32,481 bases of DNA from Candidatus Magasanikiibacteriota bacterium (GTDB taxonomy: Bacteria > Patescibacteriota > Patescibacteriia > Magasanikbacterales > UBA922), in NCBI GenBank assembly GCA_016214105.1, contig JACRPD010000025.1, positions 1 through 32,481 on the forward strand, read 5' to 3'. The first letter of the stretch is position 1; each line of letters opens with the position of its first letter. The notes beneath the pieces are model-generated. The model did not search any database and had not been told where the DNA came from. It was given only the letters and a program-made list of their open reading frames with translations. The position numbers were made by a program, and so were the translations under genes. Shown in pieces: positions 1-8,372 of this stretch.

Positions 1-102
1 GTCATTGCGAGGAAGTTTACACTGAGCGAAGCGAAGTGAAGCAATCCAGGCATAAACGTTTAACGAGTGTGGATTGCTTCGCCTGGGAAGGCTCGCAATG
101 AC
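1..102. repeat. REP/RPE-like palindromic element (GTCATTGCGAG family)
   Basis: GTCATTGCGAG (1-11) pairs with CTCGCAATGAC (92-102); GAAGCAATCCA (38-48) pairs with TGGATTGCTTC (70-80); half copy at 20815-20855. Confidence 0.85.
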
Positions 103-112
103 AGTGCATCTA

Positions 113-141
113 TTGTCGCCCGGCTAGTTTTTTGGTATAAT
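113..141 (+). promoter_or_regulatory. sigma70-type promoter
   Basis: TTGTCG-17bp-TATAAT with extended TG, 15 bp before the ATG at 157. Confidence 0.55.
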
Positions 142-156
142 AGTGGCTAATAAAAT

Positions 157-930
157 ATGTCTATCTTTTACTACACCGTGGTATTTTTTGCCGGTCTAGC
201 TTTTGGCAGTTTTTTGAATGCCTGGGTTTTTCGTAAGCGGGAGAACATCCGAATCGTCAGCGGACGCTCTTTGTGTATTTTTTGCCATCACCAGCTGGCG
301 TGGTATGAAAATATTCCAGTCTTCAGTTTTATTTTTTTAAAAGGCAAATGCCGGACTTGTCGAAAGCAAATTTCTTGGCAATATCCGCTGGTTGAATTGG
401 CTTTGGCCGTCGTTTTCGTTTTGACCGCGTGGTGGCACTGGACAGGGCCATTTGTCTTGACGGTGGAGCTTTTGCGCGATTGGATTTTGGTATTTAATCT
501 GGCGTTTATTTTTCTTTATGATTTAAGGTACGGCGAAATTTTAGACGGCCCGACCATCCCCACGGCGATTCTTCTGTTTTTCTTTTCTTTGCCGCTTGGC
601 TGGCACACTTGGCAAAGCATGTTGATCGGCATTGCCGTTGGCGCCGGCATTTTTTTATTTCAATATCTAATTTCTAGTGGCAAGTGGATTGGCGGTGGCG
701 ATATTCGCTTGGGGTTGTTGATGGGCGTAATTTTGGGCTGGCCGAATATTTTAGTCGCTTTGCTATTAGCATATGTTTTCGGCGGTTTTATCAGTATGAT
801 TTTGGTTTGGGGCAAGAAAACAAATTTGCAAAGCGAAACGCCGTTCGGCACCTATCTAACCGCCGCGACTTTTGTGGCGATGTTTTTCGGAGAAACAATA
901 ATTAATTGGTATTTGGGGATGTTGGGGTGA
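157..930 (+). CDS. pilD: Type IV prepilin peptidase (A24)
   Basis: GSFLN, two CxxC pairs, ISWQYPLVE, GGGDIRL, PFGTYL; multiple TM segments. Confidence 0.92.
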   Translation: MSIFYYTVVFFAGLAFGSFLNAWVFRKRENIRIVSGRSLCIFCHHQLAWYENIPVFSFIFLKGKCRTCRKQISWQYPLVELALAVVFVLTAWWHWTGPFVLTVELLRDWILVFNLAFIFLYDLRYGEILDGPTIPTAILLFFFSLPLGWHTWQSMLIGIAVGAGIFLFQYLISSGKWIGGGDIRLGLLMGVILGWPNILVALLLAYVFGGFISMILVWGKKTNLQSETPFGTYLTAATFVAMFFGETIINWYLGMLG

Positions 931-943
931 CACGATTCATTGA

Positions 944-3034
<2,091 letters not shown>

Positions 3035-3035
3035 C

Positions 3036-3158
3036 ATACTAATATACTAATGGCACTAATGATACTAATGTTATACTAATTTTTGTTAAGCTAGTGTTTA
3101 ACAATAACAAGCTTCAGCGCGCATTTGTATAGCATTGGTATAATTAGTATATTGGTAT
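3036..3158. repeat. Inverted array of (AT)ACTAAT units
   Basis: Five forward ACTAAT units (3036-3080) and four reverse ATTAGTAT/ATTGGTAT-like units (3123-3158). Confidence 0.75.
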
Positions 3159-3170
3159 ATTTTTATTAAA

Positions 3171-4888
3171 ATGTTTAAAAACCATTACGCTTCGGGACAT
3201 ATGTTAGCCAAGGAACCCAAAGACCTTCGTCTTCGGCTTATTTTTATATTTTTTACACTGTTAGCCGTGGTGATAACTGCGCGTTTGTTTTACCTAATGA
3301 TTCTCCAGCGCGATTTTTACGCGGCGTTGGCCGGCGGTTCGCGCGAAGTGTTCAGTGATCTTTTTCCCAAGCGCGGTCAAATTTTTATTCAGGACTCGCG
3401 CACCGGCGAGCAGTTTCCCGTCGCAATGAATCGCGACTATTTTATCGTCTTTGTTGAAACCAGAGAAATTAAAAATGATACGGATGCCGAAAACGCGGCG
3501 AATAAATTAGCGGAAGTTTTTGGTTATGACGAAGAAAAAAAACTGACGGTGTTTTTGCAAGTTAATAAGCGCGATGACCCGTATGAACCGATTGAAAATA
3601 AAGTTGACGAGGCGGCGGTGGATAAACTAAAGGAATTAAATTTGCCCGGATTGGGATTTGTCCGCAAAACATTCCGTTTTTATCCCGAAGGAAAACTTGC
3701 CTCGCAAGTAATCGGGTTTTTAGGCAAAGATAAAAACGGTAATGATGTCGGTCGATATGGCATTGAAGGTTATTGGCAGAAAGAACTGGCTGGTAGCGGG
3801 GGATTCATTGCCGGAGCGAGAAGCCCGGCCGGCGGTTTGATTCCTTTGGCGGGTTGGTCATTTTCTTCAGCGACAGATGGCGTTGATTTGTTGTTAACCA
3901 TTGATAGAAGTTTGCAATATAAAGCGTGCGAGAAATTAGCGCGAGCAACACAAGAATATGGCGCGGTCAGCGCGGCTTTGGTTATTATGGATCCGAAAAC
4001 CGGCGCGATTCGCGCGATGTGCAGCGTTCCGGAGTTTGATCCCAATCAATACGGCAAAGCGGATTCAGCGGGAGGATATAATAATTCCACGATTTTTACT
4101 CAATACGAACCAGGTTCTGTGTTTAAGCCGATCACCATGGCCGCGGCGCTGAATGAAGGAGCGGTAACCGCGGAGTCTGGTTTTAATGATACTGGCTCGC
4201 GTTCGGGTTTGTGTTCCAAACCGATTAAAAACGCCGCGGAAAAAGTTTATAATTATCAAAGCCTGAGCGAGATATTGGAAAATTCCGTGAATACCGGCGC
4301 GGTTTATTTGGCGGAAAAATTGGGTAAGAAAAAATTTGTTGAGTATGTGGAAAATTTTGGATTTGGAATTAAAAGCGGTGTTGAATTAGACAGCGAAGTC
4401 AGCGGCAATATTGATACTCTGTTTGAGAATAAACCTGAAAAAGTTGATTGTTACACTGCCACCGCGTCGTTCGGCCAGGGCATTACCGCGACGCCTTTGC
4501 AATTGGTTTCGGCGTTTTCCGCGATTGCCAATGGCGGAAAACTTTTTAAGCCGTTCATTATTGATGAAATTAGGCGTCCCGACGGCAGTGTGGATAAAAT
4601 CAAGCCAAAAGAAATTCGGTTGATAAAGGCCACGCGAAACAGGCTGGTGTGAAAGGTTATTATGTGGGCGGCAAAACCGGCACCGCGCAAATTTCCGGTC
4701 CGGGTGGTTATACCGCTGAAACGAATCATACTTTTGTCGGTTTCGCTCCGATTGTTGATCCGAAATTCGCGATGATTGTTAAATTTGAGAAACCTCAGCG
4801 AACTTGGGCCGATAGCACTGCCGCGCCGGTGTTTGGCGAGATCGCGGATTTTATCTTAGATTATTACCATGTGCCGCCGGAGCGATGA
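3171..4888 (+). pseudogene. ftsI: Class B penicillin-binding protein (FtsI/PBP3-like), split by a deletion-frameshift near 4618
   Basis: SVFK and SVN motifs lie in ORF 3171-4652; GGKTGTAQ lies in another frame that reads VDKGHAKQAGVKGYYVGGKTG from 4619; may be an assembly error. Confidence 0.8.
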
Positions 4889-4899
4889 ACAGTTTGACA

Positions 4900-4928
4900 T
4901 TGACAAACGATGTTATTTTTGGTATAAT
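4900..4928 (+). promoter_or_regulatory. Consensus sigma70 promoter for the tRNA pair
   Basis: TTGACA-17bp-TATAAT. Confidence 0.85.
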
Positions 4929-4948
4929 TTTTTCGTCTTGAAAATAAT

Positions 4949-5023
4949 GCCGCCATCGTCTAATGGTTAGGACACATGGTTCTCAACCATGTAATACGGG
5001 TCCGATTCCCGTTGGCGGTACCA
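4949..5023 (+). tRNA. tRNA-Glu(CTC)
   Basis: GCCGCCA/TGGCGGT acceptor stem, CATGG-TT-CTC-AA-CCATG anticodon arm, ACGGG/CCCGT T stem, encoded CCA. Confidence 0.92.
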
Positions 5024-5030
5024 ACAAAAT

Positions 5031-5104
5031 GTCAGAGTAGCTCAGATGGTTAGAGCGTAGCATTCATAACGCTAAGGTCGAGAGTTCGATCCTCTCCTCT
5101 GACA
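5031..5104 (+). tRNA. tRNA with CAT anticodon (elongator Met or Ile2; not initiator)
   Basis: GTCAGAG/CTCTGAC acceptor stem, GCTC/GAGC D stem, TT-CAT-AA loop, GAGAG-TTCGATC-CTCTC T arm; CCA not encoded. Confidence 0.9.
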
Positions 5105-5108
5105 CATT

Positions 5109-5864
5109 ATGATGGACACAAAAAAAGTCTATCTTTCTCTATTAAAAAAATATGGCCAACAGGGATGGTGGCCATTGTTCATAACTCAGGACACAAATAA
5201 CAAAACACATAGAGATTGGCGAGTGGAGAATGGTTTGACTTATGGTATTTCATATCTTGATTTGAAAAAGCATCAAACAGGATTTCGTGATCCGTGTTTT
5301 GAGATTGCCGTTGGCGCGATATTGACGCAGAATACGGCGTGGAAAAATGTGGCGGTGGCGATAATTAATTTATACAAAGCTAAAGCGCTGACACCGCAGA
5401 AATTATTAAAACTACCGACCGCGAAGTTACAAAAATTAATTAGACCGGCAGGATATTTTAGGCAGAAAACGAAGAAGTTGAAATTATTCGCGGAGTGGCT
5501 GATTAAAAATCATGATGGTGAAATCAAACAACTCGGTCGTAGTCCGTCGTCTGTGCTCCGTAGTCTATTATTGGCGAGGTGGGGGATTGGGAGAGAAACG
5601 GCGGATTCAATCATTCTTTACGCGTTAAATAAGCCGGTTTTTGTCATTGATGAATATACCCGCAGATTATGTCGACGGTATGGCGTTGAGTTTGAAGATT
5701 ATGATGAGTATAGACAATTTTTTGAAAAAGCGTTTTTAAAACAGAATTATTCAAAACAGAGATTGAGTAAAATTTATCAGGAGTATCATGGGTTGATTGT
5801 GAGGGCGGAAAAGATTTTCCCCTCTCCTCGTCAGAGGAGAGGGCGAAGGCCTTCGAGGCTCTGA
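5109..5864 (+). CDS. Endonuclease III-like HhH-GPD DNA glycosylase without an Fe-S cluster motif
   Basis: GAILTQNTAW, RPAGYFRQK, GIGRETADSI, VIDEY; C-terminus is supplied by a palindromic repeat. Confidence 0.9.
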   Translation: MMDTKKVYLSLLKKYGQQGWWPLFITQDTNNKTHRDWRVENGLTYGISYLDLKKHQTGFRDPCFEIAVGAILTQNTAWKNVAVAIINLYKAKALTPQKLLKLPTAKLQKLIRPAGYFRQKTKKLKLFAEWLIKNHDGEIKQLGRSPSSVLRSLLLARWGIGRETADSIILYALNKPVFVIDEYTRRLCRRYGVEFEDYDEYRQFFEKAFLKQNYSKQRLSKIYQEYHGLIVRAEKIFPSPRQRRGRRPSRL

Positions 5865-5953
5865 GGAGCCCTCAGGCTCTCGAAGAGGTGAGGTCTCGTC
5901 GCGGTTGGCGAGAGAGACCTCTCCCAACCCTCCTCTGTGCGCAGTGGAGGGAA
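5818..5953. repeat. Composite palindromic element (CCCTCTCC family doublet with a nested TTCG..CTCA hairpin)
   Basis: CCCTCTCCTC-GTCA-GAGGAGAGGG; GAGGTCTC/GAGACCTC; CCCTCCTCTG-TGCG-CAGTGGAGGG. Confidence 0.8.
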
Positions 5954-5964
5954 CCTATACCGCC

Positions 5965-5994
5965 TTGACAAATCACCCTTTTTTATGTTATAAT
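5965..5994 (+). promoter_or_regulatory. Consensus sigma70 promoter
   Basis: TTGACA-18bp-TATAAT with extended TG. Confidence 0.85.
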
Positions 5995-6035
5995 ATATTT
6001 ATTAAAATTTAATTTTTAATCTTAATTTAGACTCT

Positions 6036-6194
6036 ATGAAGTGCCAAAAGTGCGGCATTGAGCTGACCGACGACACTATGTGTTGCGAGGGCAGCGGCAG
6101 TTGCCAGGCATGTTGCAGCTGCAACGAACCAGCCAAGGATGAGAAATGCGACGATTGCGGGGATGACGACTCCGGTTGCGGCGATAAAGAGTAG
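6036..6194 (+). CDS. 52-aa Cys-rich, acidic metallothionein-like protein (not in the ORF track)
   Basis: MKCQKCGIELTDDTMCCEGSGSCQACCSCNEPAKDEKCDDCGDDDSGCGDKE; 11 Cys; own promoter and terminator. Confidence 0.85.
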   Translation: MKCQKCGIELTDDTMCCEGSGSCQACCSCNEPAKDEKCDDCGDDDSGCGDKE

Positions 6195-6201
6195 CGGGTT
6201 T

Positions 6202-6239
6202 AAAGCGCCCCGACGTAACGTCGGGGCGCTTTTATTTTT
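6202..6239 (+). terminator. Intrinsic terminator
   Basis: AAAGCGCCCCGACG-TAA-CGTCGGGGCGCTTT followed by a T tract. Confidence 0.85.
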
Positions 6240-6246
6240 GCCGAAT

Positions 6247-6293
6247 TTATCCACAGCGCGGCCTTGACAGTTATCATACCAAAAAGGTATTAT
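6247..6293 (+). promoter_or_regulatory. DnaA box followed by a sigma70 promoter
   Basis: TTATCCACA (6247-6255); TTGACA (6264)-18bp-TATTAT (6288). Confidence 0.65.
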
Positions 6294-6326
6294 ATATTTG
6301 ACAATTAATTCTTTAATTTCAATTAT

Positions 6327-6356
6327 ATGGCAGGCGGAGGATGCGGCGGGTGCTAA
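6327..6356 (+). CDS. Putative 9-aa micropeptide MAGGGCGGC (or small RNA)
   Basis: ATG in the AATTAT context typical of this genome; GC-rich island between a promoter and a terminator. Confidence 0.45.
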   Translation: MAGGGCGGC

Positions 6357-6362
6357 GCGCCC

Positions 6363-6395
6363 AAAAAAATCAGGTCTATACAACCTGATTTTTTT
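6363..6395 (+). terminator. Intrinsic (bidirectional) terminator
   Basis: AAAAAAATCAGGT-loop-ACCTGATTTTTTT. Confidence 0.7.
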
Positions 6396-6410
6396 GTTTT
6401 AGAATTTGTG

Positions 6411-6439
6411 TTGACAATTATTTTTTTGAGTGGTATAGT
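6411..6439 (+). promoter_or_regulatory. sigma70 promoter for tRNA-Asn
   Basis: TTGACA-17bp-TATAGT with extended TG. Confidence 0.8.
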
Positions 6440-6496
6440 ATCCGCGGTTCTTAACAATTCATTCGTCGGTAGCTCAGCGGTAGAGCAGTTGGCTGT

Positions 6497-7046
6497 GAAT
6501 ACTTTATTTTGTTATAATTTTAGAGTTATGACAAAAGAAAAAAGAAAATACCGTGACCGCGCTTTATATCTCATTAAGGCTGTTAACAAAAGGCGAAAGA
6601 AATTACGGCAAATGGCAATTGAACATAAGGGCGGTAAATGCATACTTTGTGGTTACAAAAAATGCGCGCAAGCATTTGATTTTCATCATCTCAATGCTGC
6701 ACAAAAAGATTTTGGCATTTCCATGAATGGTTTGACCAGATCTTGGTTGAGGGTGGGGAAAGAATTAGACAAATGTGTAATGCTGTGCGCCAATTGTCAT
6801 CGTGAGGTTCATGTTGGTATAACGCAGCTTCCGGTTGTAAAACCGGTTGAAAATGGGGTGAATTCAGGGAAGCCTAAAATCGTAAGATGACGGTAATCCT
6901 GAGCCAAGTCCTAGAGGGAATTTGTTCTAGGAAAGGTGCAGAGACTAGTTGGTGAGTCCCAACAATAATCCAACATTAGCGCCCTATCTCCCTATTAATT
7001 GGGAGAATGAGATAGTCCACTCTATCATGAAAATGGTAGGCAAGTG
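6497..7046 (+). mobile_element. Group I intron (550 nt) at anticodon position 35/36
   Basis: Exon ends in U, intron ends in G; P AATTCAGGGAA (6861), Q AATCCTGAGC (6895), R GTGCAGAGACTA (6936), S GAGATAGTCC (7009); P3 GGGGTG/CGCCCT; GNRA-capped P2 and P9. Confidence 0.93.
6528..6890 (+). CDS. Intron-encoded HNH (putative homing) endonuclease, 120 aa
   Basis: Basic N-terminus, CILCG, FDFHH, LCANCHREVH; start reassigned to 6528 because the listed start overlaps the promoter and exon. Confidence 0.88.
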   Translation: MTKEKRKYRDRALYLIKAVNKRRKKLRQMAIEHKGGKCILCGYKKCAQAFDFHHLNAAQKDFGISMNGLTRSWLRVGKELDKCVMLCANCHREVHVGITQLPVVKPVENGVNSGKPKIVR

Positions 7047-7111
7047 TAACCAATTGGTCGCCGGTTCGAATCCGGCCCGACGAGCGCAGTTTATTAACTA
7101 AACCAAAAAAT

Positions 7112-7597
7112 ATGGGTCATTTTAACAAATTTGACAAAGGTCGCGGCGGTTTTGACAGGGATCGCGGCAATCGAGGCGGTGGTTTTAGCGGCGGACGAGG
7201 ATTTGACAGGCGCGATGACGGCTCTAAGCAAATGCACCACGCTACTTGCAGCGAGTGCGGACAGGATTGCGAAGTGCCGTTTAGGCCGACAGGGGATCGT
7301 CCGGTTTTTTGCAGTAATTGCTTCAAAAGCAAAGGCGCTCCTGCCCGCAGTTTTGCTCCAAAAAGTTTTGATAGAGGCGATCGGCGCGGTAGTTTCAGCT
7401 CTGGCAATACCGGCGGCGGTGTTTCCAAAGCGCAGATTGACTTGTTGAATATAAAGTTAGATAAAATTTTATCTCTACTGACCGGCGCAAAAGTTGAAGC
7501 GCCAAAAGCGGATGTTTCAGAAGTGAAAGAAAAAAAAGAAATCGCGAAAAAAGCGAAAACTCCAGCGAAAAAAGCTCCAGCCAAAAAGAAAAAGTAA
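7112..7597 (+). CDS. CxxC-x17-CxxC zinc-ribbon protein with RGG-rich N-terminus and Lys-rich tail
   Basis: MHHATCSECGQDCEVPFRPTGDRPVFCSNCF. Confidence 0.88.
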   Translation: MGHFNKFDKGRGGFDRDRGNRGGGFSGGRGFDRRDDGSKQMHHATCSECGQDCEVPFRPTGDRPVFCSNCFKSKGAPARSFAPKSFDRGDRRGSFSSGNTGGGVSKAQIDLLNIKLDKILSLLTGAKVEAPKADVSEVKEKKEIAKKAKTPAKKAPAKKKK

Positions 7598-7614
7598 ATT
7601 TTTACGGACACAAC

Positions 7615-7645
7615 AAAAACAGACTATATACAGTAGCCTGTTTTT
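7615..7645 (+). terminator. Intrinsic terminator
   Basis: AAAAACAGACTA-loop-TAGCCTGTTTTT. Confidence 0.6.
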
Positions 7646-7648
7646 AAT

Positions 7649-7698
7649 TGTGGATAAACTAACTTGACAAAAAATTAGATGTACGTTATTATGTACAT
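7649..7698 (+). promoter_or_regulatory. TA promoter with palindromic operator and upstream DnaA box
   Basis: TGTGGATAA (7649); TTGACA (7664)-17bp-TATTAT (7687); ATGTAC-N8-GTACAT flanks the -10. Confidence 0.7.
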
Positions 7699-7714
7699 AT
7701 ATAACATTTTAAAT

Positions 7715-8074
7715 ATGCTTCTACATCAAACATTGTCAATTACCGATGCCCGCTCGAAAATTTTTGCTTTGGCGGAAAAGGTTCAACGGCCGGGCACATT
7801 TTTCACTCTTACGGAAAAAGGCCGCGCTAAGGCGGTCGTAATGTCCGCTGAAGAATTTGAATCATGGCGGGAAACTCTGGAGATTAGGAGAGCGTTTCCG
7901 AACTTACGCGAGGATGCGGCATTAGCTCGCCGTGATTATAAAAAAGGCAACTATATCACCTTGGAAGATCTTTTAGCCAAAGAAGGTTTTGTGTTAGCTA
8001 AAGGCGTTCATAAAAATTATGCGGTACCAAATAATAATACCAAAAAAAGTTCAAAAAGATATTGCAAAAATTGA
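7715..8074 (+). CDS. Phd/YefM family antitoxin
   Basis: LSITDAR...LTEKGRAKAVVMSAEEFESWRETLE; start moved downstream of the promoter. Confidence 0.88.
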   Translation: MLLHQTLSITDARSKIFALAEKVQRPGTFFTLTEKGRAKAVVMSAEEFESWRETLEIRRAFPNLREDAALARRDYKKGNYITLEDLLAKEGFVLAKGVHKNYAVPNNNTKKSSKRYCKN

Positions 8075-8270
8075 CGGCAGGTATAAGCAAAGAATCTTAT
8101 CCGCCCTGGCAGTACTTAGCGACAGCCCGCATATCGGAAAAAAGCTGGTTGGCGAGTACGCGAGCTTGCGTTCGTATGAGGTTTGGCCGTATCGGATTAT
8201 TTATGAAATTTATGAACGTAATTTGCTCATAAATATTATCAGGGTCGGTCATAGACAGGGAGTCTACTAA
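8019..8270 (+). CDS. RelE/ParE family toxin
   Basis: GKKLVG, YRIIYEI, IRVGHRQGVY; overlaps the antitoxin. Confidence 0.9.
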   Translation: MRYQIIIPKKVQKDIAKIDGRYKQRILSALAVLSDSPHIGKKLVGEYASLRSYEVWPYRIIYEIYERNLLINIIRVGHRQGVY

Positions 8271-8372
8271 TAACCGGACGTAAATTATCATTGACAAAAT
8301 TTTTTATTTGTTGTATCTTGTAAACAGTCCGCCATGGGGGGCGGATTGTTTGTTTGGATTTATTCTAAATTT

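Larger units (their letters stand above)
6463..7084 (+). tRNA. tRNA-Asn(GTT), exons 6463-6496 and 7047-7084
   Basis: Joined exons form a cloverleaf: TCGTCGG/CCGACGA acceptor, GCTC/GAGC D stem, GTTGG-CT-GT|T-AA-CCAAT anticodon arm, GCCGG-TTCGAAT-CCGGC T arm, discriminator G. Confidence 0.95.

Noticed and set aside
3036-3158. CRISPR array
   Set aside because: Units are 8-11 nt with no unique spacers; no cas genes in the window
4649-4652. TGA readthrough (recoded genetic code) or programmed frameshift in the PBP
   Set aside because: The downstream part is in a different frame, sequence is missing, no slippery site is evident, and TGA ends intact genes such as pilD, proA and metG
6027-6383. 118-aa minus-strand ORF
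   Set aside because: Shadow of the + strand Cys-rich gene, terminator and promoter, whose signals all point to +
6408-6527. N-terminal 40 aa of the listed 160-aa ORF
   Set aside because: Overlaps the tRNA promoter and 5' exon; the HNH start is more plausibly ATG 6528
7117-7611. 164-aa minus-strand ORF and the other antisense or nested ORFs in the track
   Set aside because: Fully overlap well-supported + strand genes and show no motifs
6247-7657. Replication origin
   Set aside because: DnaA boxes are isolated rather than clustered, and no dnaA/dnaN is nearby
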